Position numbers and translations under genes: made by a program. From positions 62,001 to 126,000 of the forward strand of contig JALDZX010000006.1 of assembly GCA_022813865.1 (NCBI GenBank): a DNA stretch of 64,000 nucleotides. The letters are read 5' to 3'. Shown piece by piece: positions 1 to 12,137 of this stretch. The notes under the pieces were generated by a model. It made no database searches. It was given only the letters and a program-made list of their open reading frames with translations, and was not told where the DNA came from. Source of the stretch: Xylographa opegraphella (Eukaryota). Position 1 is the first letter of the stretch; each line of letters starts with the position of its first letter.

Positions 1-1819
1 TCAACAGTAGAATATCACTCGTATCCTACTGCATCTTGGAGCAAGCCTTCCGATGTTGCATAGTATCTTGACGTGGACCGCATGTACTAGGTCAATGACA
101 AGATCGTAGCAGCAATATCAGTATAAACACCAAAGGCGGCAATCATCTGGGATTGAGGTTTCTGTTCCGGCCCAGGATTCGAAGTATTCAGCAACAACCA
201 GACTTTGGCGGGCGGTCTCGCTGCATAGGACCTTGGAAAGGCGTGGCTACATTTCACTGAATTGGAATTCTGCTTAGCAATCCGTATTAGAGAAGGCTTT
301 AGAATAATGGTGGTATGTGTGATTCTCTCGTCAGTCGTTGCGGCTCTAGTGCCGGATAGTCCGATTTGCACGTTCGTTATATCTTTGTAAGAGAGTTCAG
401 TGTATTAGCAATGAAGGTTCAAAACGGCTACGAATACGATCTCCTCTTTGGCTTCGTTGGAGTCGGTCTTATGAGAATGATCCTACGAATTGTCCTTATC
501 AAGGGTGGCACAGCAGACTCATCATCACGAAAACCAAATAGCATGAGCAAAGTTAGTAGAGTAATGTCTTTCAAAGATGTTGCCGATATCTACTATGCTA
601 TTCCCGAATACAAATTCAAAATTAAAGTGGCCAAAAAGGGCAGGAGTTTTGTTACTATTCCTTCTTTCCTTTGAGTTGAGTGTTTTCCGTATTCAAGTCG
701 AATATATCCTTTTCCAGCTTGGTCACTTCTTCCTTCAACTCAGCATACTTTCTCGTTGCTTGAAGATACATCTCATTTGAAATGTATGATGTCTATGGCG
801 AGATACTCCAGCTTTGATTCCTGGCAGCCTTTCATCGCATTCTTTCCATATGCTACTCGCGATGAAACTGTGATCTACATTTGCGGTGGCTGAGTTTGTG
901 CTGGATGTCTATCCAATAGTACAAAGCTTATTCCGGTGATTAGACATGACTACTCGGGCGAGGGAATCCGAAGCAAGTCTTCTGCTGCAGTACTGAGCGA
1001 CGCAAGCCTAGAGTTTGCAAGATGTCCACATGCATAGGTCTACGCCGCCGGGAATTGGGATACTCGTTCTGTCTCTTCGACCTTCTGATTCAACTGCTTA
1101 GAATCCCATTCAAATATCGCGAGGCTCAAGTAGTCAGTTGCTGGTATCGGTGGTACAAGATAAACATCCGGGCACTCCTCATCAGTGATCGATGTCTGTT
1201 TATTGATTTCAATAATGTCCCGCAAATTTATATGCTCTCTGGACTGGGACGAATCGTTCGCAACTTTACTCTACGCACTTTCCGAGCCAAATCTGGCCAC
1301 AGTGCCACTACCAGATACCGATAAGCTTTGACAATCTGCAAAGGTTGCAGTTGCAACTTAGGATTATGCCGTGGACATGGATGCCTTGAGCTTTGATTAT
1401 GGCGATCAAACCATCTCGACTCGGAAGCAAGCCAACTCTGGAGGAACTAGACGCCTCAAACTAAATCTTCAGATCATGGTAGAAGACTGTGGCAGACGGT
1501 AATTCCGACTGCGAACGATACTTAGGTTTTGAAGCTCGGTTTCTTTTGAGTCTGGAGTCCACTTACCGGACGGAATTTCGCCTCGAGGACATTCGAGGCT
1601 TGACGCGACCTTCCCAGGAACGGTTTCCATGACTTCTGCAGGAGTGCTAAAGAAAGTGGCTTCGTTCTTCTGACCGAAGCTCCGTACCCCCTTAAAGCGT
1701 GCTCTTGGAAAGTAGCATTCTCGGCGACGCCCATCTCCGCTTTCCGTATCTAGACGAGATCCTCGAAGCTCAATTGTTGTTCCATGTTCTACTACTGACA
1801 AGGAAGCTGACAACTTCAA
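1..1819 (-). pseudogene. Possible decayed gene relic (Ser/Pro-rich segments plus a coiled-coil fragment)
   Basis: ORFs 1469-1819 and 1040-1225 lie in one minus-strand frame broken by scattered stops. There is a heptad-like fragment MYLQATRKYAELKEEVTKLEKDIFDLNTENTQLKGKKE at ~655-771 and the sequence is TpA-rich. No family recognised. Confidence 0.3.
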
Positions 1820-2055
1820 GGTACTAGTTTGTGGGTGTGAAACATAGTGAAAGTGGTCGGTTGGGATGTAGGAACGACCTCAGATGATGACAGTCTGGAA
1901 ATCGAGGAAATAACAAAAACTACGGATAAACACTATATTCAAGACAGACACTCATTTGTAAATTCAGGACCATGATATGTGAATTTTTCGTGTAGGATGA
2001 TTGGAATGTCATCTCATCAATGAAAAGCTCAAGACCTCAGCTCAAAACGTCGTCT

Positions 2056-2621
2056 CTACCTTGACGCATTCATTGGTTTGCCTTCAGCAGCGCCTTTCAG
2101 GTCATTCTGAAGACTATTTTTCCGTGCTCCACTCGCAATTGCCTCCCGCTCAATGATAGCATTCGCCGCTTTAGCGTTCGCGATTTCATTGGGAGTCATC
2201 GTCTCCCGGTTACCAACGCCACCTGTTGGATATACAACTGTTAGTCAAAATGGACTTCATCATCTAATCCAAAGGACACTGTCTCAAACGACGGTGGTGG
2301 TTCACGTACCCCGTCCGTAATGGCTATCACTCTGGCTGAACCGCTTCGGGAGGTTCTCCACATCCTGTAACTCCCGCGCCAACGCTGGGTTCTGCGGATC
2401 GTTCTTGGCCATGTTGCCCTGCCCACCACGGCCGGTGGTGTAGACGTTAGACTTGATAGGCGGAGTCTCCAAGTCCGGAGTCGGCACAGGTTTCCCGGAT
2501 TGTATGTTGCCTATCAGTGGGTCAGTCGTATCGAGAAGCGGGAAGACAGACATGACTTACCGGCGCCGCCCCGACCGTACGAAGTGGATCTCTGTTCAAG
2601 AGCCGGACTGGTGCCAGGCAT
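2056..2621 (-). CDS. Par32/DUF3602-family GRGGxGN-repeat protein, 3 exons (2621-2561, 2510-2310, 2222-2056)
   Basis: Manual splicing (GTAAGT..TAG; GTACGT..CAG) gives MPGTSPALEQRSTSYGRGGAGNI..YTTGRGGQGNM..HYGRGGVGN..SR*. Three GRGGxGN motifs are typical of Par32/DUF3602. Confidence 0.85.
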
Positions 2622-3309
2622 AGCGGCAGGACTTCTACAATACAGCGTTATGCCTGCTTATGGAATAACTATTTTCGATGTGGAAAGCACGCGTCTCTGA
2701 ACCAGTGCACGTATTTACAAGAATTCAGGCTACAGAGAAAGTACGGATACTGGAAACCAGATTCGGAGGAAAATACACGTAGCCCAGTCCATTTATAGAA
2801 GTAAAAAGCTTAAGCAGAACAACTATGATGCCATAGTCAACTATAACGTAATAGTATCACCGGCTACCCTAAGCGTGCTGATCACATTGACCATTTTGCA
2901 TGCAACTGGGTGTAAGCCTTTACGAGTAGTGGTGACCTACTCAGATGCAGGCCACTGGTCATAGAAGTGTGGGGATAATGGAACATAATTCCTCAGCAGT
3001 GACAACCGCGCGCTTATGATACCATGCAGTCCGAAGATCTCATAGGCTCAACATCATATATTTCCGAGACTACCAGTTTCTTTTATTGGGGAGAGGCCTC
3101 TCCAGCTTGTAGGATTACATCGAGATCCTTCAGATACATTTCTCAGATATAGAATTGCGAACCAAGTTGATCGACAAATAGCGTGCCAAGCGCTAGCTCC
3201 ACAGAGCTCCGAATTACGCGAAGTTGCCATCTATTACGAGACAAATCCGTGGCTCTTCAATCCCCCGTCAGCAGAAAATTTTGATCAGATCGCTCATATT
3301 CTCGTGCAT

Positions 3310-5648
3310 CTATGGCATGATTTCCTCTGTCTCGTCCACAATCTCCTCAACAATCTCCTCCACTACGGCAGCCTCTTCCCCGTCGGGTCCATTCTCGGCC
3401 TCCTTGTCTGCTTCCGGGTCTTCCGACAATCCCATCTCTCGGCGATCTGCTCGAAGCTCCTCCAGCTCGTTCTCTCTCCATGCAAGCCATTCACTCAACA
3501 TTCTTCGTCGTTCTTCAACGACAGCGCCTTTTTCTTTGTCATCAGCAATCCTGTCCTCTTCTTCGAAATCTTTGCTGTATTCTCGGAGATTCTTGCGAAT
3601 TTGTTTTTGTTCGTCACGTGAAAGAAGAGTCGGAGGACGGGGTCTCCATAAAAATTGCTTGAATTTATCGATATGCTCTTCTCGTAAAAGTTCACCCTTA
3701 AAATCGTAGAGATGATAGCCGTTTTCCATCTACAGACCATCAGCTCCTTGTCAATGGTCTTGTCTATGAAAGACAAGGACAAGGTAGACTTACCGTGTGC
3801 TTCCACACGCTAGCACTGGTGGCGACGTAGCGCCCTGTTGGATCCCAATCAATGTCTGTCACCCCGTAATGATCTGCTGTGGCCATGAGCTGAAGATTTG
3901 CAGTAAGATCCCGATCAGTGTCAGACTTTTCGCCCTCGAAGTCGAGGTCCCAAAAGTCAAGGTCATAGCTTTGTTGTGAGTGAACCGTGGCAACAATAAC
4001 AAATCGGCCCTTAGGAGACCAGTAGATCGCATTGCTGTTCTTCTTGTCGACGGTCCGGATGAGTTTGAAATTGCCCACACCGGTTCCTTTGATCTTCTCC
4101 GGACAAAAGAATGAAACAGAAGTTTTTGGCGGAACAGCCTGAGGTATAATGACCTCAGCCGTCGTGATGAGTACGAAGCGATCGCCTTTCGGCTCCCACG
4201 CAAAGTTAATCACCGTGTCCTTGATGGAGTCCACGACCTCCACTGGTACTCCCTTCTCCCTTACTCTAAAGATCTCTAGATTCGTGGCTAGCGATTTCTT
4301 TGACTTTGAATGGCGATCAACTTTGACACAGACGTATGATGCTTGTGATTGCCAGTGTAGCTTCGCATCAGTTACGTTGAAGAGATTTCGTGTTCGAACA
4401 ATCTCTTTGGAGGGAATGCTCATCAAACCGACCTTTGCAGGGTTACTCCCAATTTCAGGAGTCCAATAACAGAAGAGCTGCTCGTACGCTTTCACTCCAT
4501 CTCTCTGTGGTGTTGCAGGAGCCCATTCGAAGTCTTTCACACCCTCAATCTTGATTGTAGTTTTGTCGAGCAGAGTCATCTTAGGTAGTTCGTACACGGA
4601 TATTGATTGGCCTTCAAGCATACGTGCAACGTACTTATCGTCAGCGGACCATTTGAAAGCTGGCCATGGTATTTTCTTCTTGACCGGCATACCATTTTCG
4701 TCCGTGGTGGGTCCTGGAAGATCGTGCGTTGCAAAAGATCTAAGTACCTTACCAGTGGCAACATCCCATATTATGTAGTTCTTCCCATCTTCCTCGATAC
4801 TGAATACTGGATCATCCTCTTCGACTTCTATTGGCTTAAATGACCAAGTCACCAGATATTTCTCCCCAGGAGAGAAGTCGATCATATTAGGAGCAGGATG
4901 TGGAAATCTCGTCTGCCTTGTCCACGAAGGCCCGCCCCACAGCTGGACACCCCTTGCGTGTGTGGTGGCAAGATATGTACCCAGTGGTGACCATTGGACA
5001 AAGACCTCCGTCCAATGTGCTCGGTCCACATTATTCTCTGGCGCCTCCTTCTTCCGGTTCCAGAACACACCCACGCTCTCCCCACGATACATTGCGAACT
5101 GATCTCTGCAGTTAGGATCACCTAGCCAAGCCCGTAAATGCTCCTTCGGTATAAATGGCTCAATATCCGGTGGGTGGTATTCATCATCAATACGGCCCTC
5201 TCGACCGTATCTCTCAATGTCGGTAAGTTTGTTAACCGCAATTGTGTGTTTCCTATCGAGGGCAGTGCCATGCAGCTGCTTCGTTGCTGCAAGTGCCTGT
5301 TGAGGTGTTTCGTACTCGACGAAGGCATAACTACCGAATGTTAGCTATTTGCAATCATCCTATCATGATACATAAGTCTATTCACCCTTCAGTCATGTTG
5401 TTCTCGTTGACCGGCATGAAGATAGCATCTTCCTTTGTTTTCCCAACACCGTTGAGCTTCTTCATGAGAAACTTGACAAGCTTCTGCTTACTTTCCTCCG
5501 GCACGATAGGCAACCCATCCACAACGACGAATCCATCAAGTCCTTGTTCAAGATTAACTTCATGCTGCTCCCGTAGGTCCGAGAAATCGATTTCCTCGTC
5601 GGAGTCGAAACCGTCATCCTCAGGAAGGTTGTCGAAGCTCGGCGCCAT
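3310..5648 (-). CDS. PRT1: Translation initiation factor eIF3 subunit b, multi-exon
   Basis: N-terminal RRM ([14 protein letters not shown]), beta-propeller region ([26 protein letters not shown]) and C-terminal [14 protein letters not shown] motif, spread across ORFs 5382-5648, 3764-5092 and 3310-3729. Confidence 0.96.
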
Positions 5649-6309
5649 ATTTGCGATATTGACTCTCCAATCCAGATACCTTCAGCGCCAGGTAACTTTG
5701 AGCTTTCGTGACTTGGTGATGAGAGGTAGCAAATTCTGATTCTATATATCTATGACTCTTCGTGAGATAAATTCGTGAAACGAGACTTGTAAGCGCAGAG
5801 TGTTTGAAAGCAAGACTAGGATCTAATGATCGGTCACGAGTTATTGGGGTTGAGCATGGTTTAAGACGTGGGCAAATTGAAGGTGGAATTCCTGGAGCCT
5901 CCTAAATCTCGTGCTAGAGAGTTGCCCAATTGTGGGGCTCGGTAGCGCGGGCAGCTTGCCGAGTGGTCTCAACGGGGATGACCAGCCTCCGATATCAATA
6001 ATCCGAACACCAGCAGTGATCTCTGATTCGCCTTGGTCCATAGTCGTTCGTTTCGCGCAGCCCTCCCATGATGTGATATGAGCTTCTGATGCTGTTCTTG
6101 TACCCTGCTTAGCTTTCTGTTCTCAATATCTGCAAAGCGCATCTCGTATACCAATGAGGTCCCGGCTGTAACCTTGACTTAAGCCGTCGCAACTCTATTC
6201 CTCAAAGAATTCTACGCCTTTAGCTACTCTTTGTATGGTCTTGGAGCTCGTCGCTACTGCTTGCCCTTCTACTTGGTAATTCCAGGACATCCACGTTGAT
6301 CCGGTCAAG

Positions 6310-7362
6310 ATGTCATGTAAGCAACCAATAATTGTGGAAAGTCTTTTATACTCACACCTGACTAGTACCGCCGGAGGTACAAGCCGCATATGTGGTGATT
6401 ATCGACTCAATTCTAGCAGCTAGTGATTTACAAAAAATCACTTCGAAGCGCATTCGTGAAGGGCTGCAGCGAGCGGTCGACTATGATATTACTCCTCAGA
6501 AGGTCTGCCTTTTGTTCATTACGCTTGCAAATACATAATTGACCACCTTCTTAGGACGCCATCAAAGCGCTCATTATGACCCGTTTCGACAAGTTTGTCG
6601 CAGAAAAAGAAGCTGCGTCAATTTTAAATGGACATGAAGAGCCTATGCAATCAGTACCTTTAGAAGCGCCCAAAGAAGCTTCTTCCGACGTGCTGAAGAC
6701 TATCAAGAAAAGAAAAAGCGATAGCGAAGATCAGGTGGATGAGAGCGAGCTCTCCAATGTACCGGATACTCCTCCTCGGAAAAAGAAAAGAAAAGTCGAA
6801 CTGGGCATGGACGCAGATGCTATGTTTGCCGCGAAGCTCCAAGCCGAGGAGAATAGTCGGGCGCGACCTACAAGGGGAGGGGCTAACAGAAAGAGCGTGA
6901 TAATCAAGAAGAAGAAGAAGCCTCTGAAGAAGAAAACGTCGGATAAGGTGAAAGCTGAAGATAGCGATTTGGATAGCTCGGGCTCAGGAAACGAGAAGAG
7001 AGTTAACCGTAGCGGTGGGTTTCATGTGGGTATACCTATATCCCGAGTTGATTCTAGGTCTGTGCTGATTGATTAGAAACCGATGACACTATCCGCGCCG
7101 TTGTCCGCACTTCTCGACGGCGAAGTGCAGGTAAGTCACTCTGCTTATGAAAAGGGCCAGAATGTAATGTGCATAGCTTTCTCGACCACAAACAGTCAAA
7201 CGAATATGGGCCTACGTTCGAGCACGGGATCTCCAAGACCCTAAGGATAAGCGCCAGATTCGCTGCGATGATGCCATGAGGGCAGTTTTCAAGCAAGACA
7301 AAGTACACATGTTTACGATGAACAAGATACTGAACCGGAATCTTTACAACCCGGAAGAGTAG
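6310..7362 (+). CDS. DEK-C + SWIB/MDM2 domain protein (Uaf30/Tri1-like), 5 exons
   Basis: Spliced N-terminus MSLPPEVQAAYVVIIDSILAASDLQKITSKRIREGL (DEK_C), a Lys-rich linker, then GGFHKPMTLSAPLSALL..LSRPQTVKRIWAYVRARDLQDPKDKRQIRCDDAMRAVF (SWIB). Stop TAG at 7360-7362. Confidence 0.92.
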
Positions 7363-7816
7363 TATTCCCAAGTCGCTGAGTAGAGGCTTAGTACTCTTGC
7401 TCCATCTCTGTACCTGGATATGCTCTACTAGCGTTTGGTTATTCGTGCGGTTTAGCGATTGTCAATGTCACGGCCACGACAGCCGGTCTCATGCCGGCTG
7501 GTTTCGTATTCGGTATCGAATCATCTGTTATAGAAATTCTTGATAAGCAATCCATACACATTGAGTTATCATGATGAATATCTAAGAATAAATAAAGTTG
7601 CTTCATCAACATATTTTTCTAGAGACTTCATTTCATGATGAGCTCAACAGGACTGACTCCTCGGAGCGTCTGGTTCAGTGAACGAGCCTTTCTCGGCAGG
7701 TAGAATGGCTACGTTCCTGGAGAGGTGAAAGACATTCGATCAACTTGATCCTTCAGAACTTCAAGAGACATTCTTCAGTTCCGGCAATTTTTCACATTGC
7801 GACGATATCCGTTTGA

Positions 7817-8521
7817 CTACTTCATCTTCGCCCGCCGATGCATGAACAAATACTCGATTTTTCCCTTTTCGGCTCAAGTGTCCTCTCAGCTTTACATCCT
7901 CTGTCACAACAAATCCATTTTCTTCATAAAGTCTCCGGGCCGTAAGCGTCCCCTCCACAAATGACTGCACGCCCATCTCATCCGCCTTCCTCGTTCCCCA
8001 CTGGACCAGCTGCGTCCCCGCCCCTCGACGTTGGTGTTGTAGGAGAACAGAAACACAGATCAAGCACTACACGGCGTGCAGTTTCACAGTCTCAAAGCTA
8101 TTCCATTATCTACGTATGATAGAGCAACCATACAGCAATGCGGTCCCTTCATCCTCTCCACCCTGCGCCCATGAAACTCATCCAGCAGCTCCTGCCCAAA
8201 AGCCCTCTCTGCACTACCTTCCGCACCAATCCAATCCACCATCAATCGCTCAGGCCGCTCCGGCTCCTCTTCGGAGATGCACGATTTTGCACCCGCGACA
8301 ATGGCGCCGGTGTCGTTGTCGGTGACCTTGAGGTAGGTCGAGTGCCCGTCCGCTTTCATCCATGTTTGCTGACGGGCTTTGCACCTGGAGAGGTTTTCTG
8401 GGGTGGGTGGGCCGGGCCAGATCACGTCGCGGAAGGCTTCGTGCGGGTAGAAGGCGGCGAATTAGCAGACGGTGAGGGCGTCGAGGTCGGAGGGGTCGGC
8501 GATGGAGAGTTGGAGGGGCAT
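7817..8521 (-). pseudogene. GNAT-family N-acetyltransferase, disabled
   Basis: Acetyl-CoA motif HQRRGAG..WG..AD and LYEENGF. In-frame TAA at codon 20 (8462-8464), +1 frameshift at ~8040 after LDLCFCSP, and a probable second frameshift at ~7870 before IEYLFMHR. Confidence 0.8.
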
Positions 8522-8939
8522 GGTGGGATGTATGAGGATGTGGTTGTGTGGTGATGCGGTCTGTGGCGAAAAGGTACGGTGTGTTGTGGTGGCGATTTGG
8601 CGGGGAGGAGCAGCAGGATTGAGGCCGAAGGATTGAAGCTTGACTTACCTTTCAGTCTCTGGGTGGGATTCTACTGCATCATTTTCCAGACGTTGCAAGC
8701 TGGTGAAGGTCTAGGTATCGACTCGTATTGCCGGGATTTCTAAAGGGCTAGGGACTGGTAGGATAGTTCTAATCCTAGCGCGCTTTGACGCGTCGCCAGA
8801 TTTTGTTTCGTGTCTCGCGAGCTCGTATCGTCATTTTTAGTTTGCTTCTGAATATCTATCCACTGTTAGATTACAAGCAGCGATCTGACGGCCATAGTTA
8901 TGGATACAAGCGCGTGCTACTCAAGCCAATCTCTCGCTG

Positions 8940-10180
8940 ATGCCCACCGAAACGGAGTCGCTTACTTGACTTCTTCGTGCAACACGAGCAGCACTATCCA
9001 ATCTTCGACCGCATTTGTTCTTATCTAAGCGTTGATGACATTCTCCATGTATCCCAAACGAGTAAAAAGCTCTCCGGACTCTATCAGACCGCTCTGAAAT
9101 GTCAATGGAATGTGGACCGCGCACTTCGCCGCTTCGTCAAGAATCCTCAGGGTTTCAGGACACAACTGGCTCGATGTGACGGGCTGATCTTTGGAAGCTT
9201 TGCGGTTCAGTTTTTTGCTCGCATGGTGTGGCCAGATTTGGGACTTGATGTTTTCTACATGATATCAGATGTATCTCCTGATGGTTTCTCAACCATAGGC
9301 AAGTAACTGGTCGAATTTGAGTGTTATGTGTGGGAGCCACACATAACCTATGTAGGTAATCAAGAAGGGGAGTATCTTTAGCTTACAGTCTAGTTTTAAT
9401 ACCTTTTGCCAGCCCCAAGAAATATACAAACGTCTCGACGACCACGGCCATGTCACTGAAATCCGCATTACCAAATCTGAAAAGCCACCACTCCGAGCAA
9501 TTCTCTGTGATTCTTACTCGACTGCCCAGGTCAATTTCATGACTTCCAGTAATGCATACGCCATATTTCCTCGGCCGACATTTCTCCAGTACAAGACTTA
9601 CACCCTCAATATTTTTGACGAAGCCTGCTGGTCGACTTTGGCCAAATATACTCAACATGGATGGAGAACTCAGGATGTGCTGTGGGAAGAGGAAGAATCA
9701 CCCTATCACCCAATACGGAAGTTAAGACGCATAGGTGATCATTCTACATGGAAGATCTCTTTTGATACTACCAACGTGGAGGAATCCAGCATCCCCGATG
9801 AAGTTTTCGAGACGGCAGAATTTGAAATGTTCCTATCATATGACGACTGTCAATCGACCTACGTGATAGAGACGGACATTTTTTCTGCGTTCACATTACG
9901 TTACCATCACTTTTTTGCAGAGAGTGATGTTGACTTCTGGACTAAATTGGTTGAGGATCGGATGGGGCGGTTGACCTACATTGAACGGATGAAGCTGGAT
10001 AAGGACGGCAGGGCGGCCTTTGATCTCGTCAAGCATCTAACCAGTATACGCTACGAGAGACTCAAGGTCTTTGACGCCCCGGAGACGTGGACGTATTGGG
10101 ATGACGAATTGCCAAATTGGTACAAAGCCTGGAAAGATAACCAACCGAAGGAAGACTTGGCGCATTGGAAGATAGACTGA
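8940..10180 (+). pseudogene. F-box + nucleotidyltransferase-like domain gene, apparently disrupted
   Basis: F-box-like YPIFDRICSYLSVDDILHVSQTSKKL; GLIFGSFAVQFFARMVWPDLGLDVF (GS..DxD-like); downstream YSTAQVNFMT..AYAIFP, KYTQHGW and RRIGD..W motifs. Intron 9352-9412 is in phase. ATG 8940 is out of frame by +1 and there is an in-frame TAA at 9304-9306. Confidence 0.6.
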
Positions 10181-10725
10181 TAGTCACCTCTGATGTGTCG
10201 AATCTTAGCAGCTGGACGCGAGACGGTTTCGAACATTTTCATAGATCAATTAGGAGCCGAACACCACTGAGTGTTTTTCATTTCATTCCTATTGCAGTAA
10301 CAACATCCGTCTTAAGTAACAAGTGGGATATATTTATGGTCATCGAGTGTATATAGAGCTATCAAGCCAGTGGGAGGGGGAACATTGTGAATCTTTTCAA
10401 AGTCGCATTAGCCGAGAGAGACATTACTGCAGATACACGTAGCGATTCATATTCCAAAAATATCTACCATATAATCTCCAAGCAACGGAATGTGCGAGTT
10501 GAGGTTCTCGGCATGAGGAATATTCTCCAAAAAACTGGAAGATTGTACACCGGATAACCCCTCAGCGGTACCACCTGACCAAATCCCTCCCAGCAATGAC
10601 TCAAGCGCTGACTCACAAGCACCCAAAGAAAACAAACACAAAAACCCTCCCCACCTCCCCCTTCCCCAAGCAAACGGCACCCCCAATCCCCAACCACCCA
10701 ACCCCGCCTCTTCCACCACCAAACA

Positions 10726-11936
10726 ATGCCCGCCCCCACGCCCTCAGACCCCACTTTCCGCTCCTACTCCCCCCCCTCCGCGACCGCCTACCTCCGCGCG
10801 CGCGGCACCTACTCCACCCCGCTCTACTCTGAGATCCTAGCCCACCACCTCCCCCGCCCCACCATCCCCGACCCTTCCCCCAACCCCGACCTCCACACCC
10901 TCCTCGACCTCGGCTGCGGCCCGGGAAACTCCACCCGCGATCTGGCGCTCTACTTCCAGCGCGCCGTCGGCGCCGACCCCAGCGAGGCGATGATCGCAGC
11001 CGCGCGCGCGGCGGGCGGGCGGACGGGCGGCGGGGAGGCGATACGGTGGGTGGTGGGGGAGGCGGAGGGGATGGAAGGGGTGCTTGAGCGGAGCGGGGTG
11101 GAGGGAGGGGTGGATATGATCACGGCGGGGATGGCGGTGAGTTTCGCAATCCGCTGCATTCGCTGCCCCACCAGCCAAGTCGGCTTTGAATTGTGGGCGA
11201 GGCGCACGGAGAGAATGAGATGGAAGGGCGCGCGGGGGAACGGGGACAAGCGGGATTGGCTGACGGGCGCGAGTGACTCCTGCAGGCGCATTGGTTCGAC
11301 ATGCGCGCCTTCTGGGCGCAGGCGGCGCGGGTGCTGAACCCGGGCGGGACGGTCGCGCTGTGGACGGTGGCGTCGCTGTACTGCCGTGAGTGGGGCCCGC
11401 TGCATCATTTCGTGCACTTTTCCGGGGCAGCCCCCGTTCTCGTTGCATGTGGCGCGCTACCTCTTCGCCGAGCTGACGCCTTCGTGCTCCGCATAGACCC
11501 CGCCCACCCCTCCGCGCCGCTCATCCAGTCCCACCTCTTCGACCTCGAGCTCTCCGTCCTGGCGCCGTACTCCCTCCCACCGCTGGAGCTGTCGCGCAAC
11601 TACTACGACGCACTGCCCCTGCCGTGGTCGAGCAGCCCTCCCGAGGACTCGTTTCCGGCTTCGCTCTTCGTGCGCAAGACGTGGGACCGTGACGGCGTGT
11701 TGAGTAATGGGGAAGACTTCTTCGGTGGCAGCGAGGAGATCTCGACGGAGGACCTGGAGCGGCAATTGGGGACCGCGAGCATGGTCACGCGGTGGCGGGC
11801 GGCGCATCCGGAGCTGGGGGGGACGGCACGAGATTGTGTGAAGGAGTGTGTGGGCCGGATCAAGGACGTTGTGGGGGAGGAGAGGTTCAGAGTGGGGGGT
11901 GGAACGGCGTTGTTGTTGTTTCGGAAAAGGGCGTGA
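10726..11936 (+). CDS. Class I SAM-dependent methyltransferase (trans-aconitate MT/Crg1-like), 3 exons
   Basis: LLDLGCGPG motif I, VGADPSEAMI, DMITAGMA|AHWFD across intron 11137-11286, and VLNPGGTVALW. Confidence 0.9.
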
Positions 11937-12137
11937 GGGAACAACCCTTTGGTTGTACATACATTCAAAGAGAAAGGGGAGCGCAGCACGGCAGGCTTGA
12001 CACGTTGGTGGCAAAAGTCCCAACAAAATTCATTGATCTTAAATTATTACTCTGACTGGCTCTAGTCCATAGAATGTCCGAGATGAAAATCAAAGCTGAT
12101 TTTCGGACTCAGCTATATCTGTTCAAGCAGGTAATGA

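Noticed and set aside
10447..12055. Multiple long overlapping or antisense ORFs here and at 26.5-27.9, 42-44, 50-51.4 and 60.6-62.3 kb
   Set aside because: Expected stop-codon depletion in GC-rich coding DNA. The translations are low-complexity and have no motifs.
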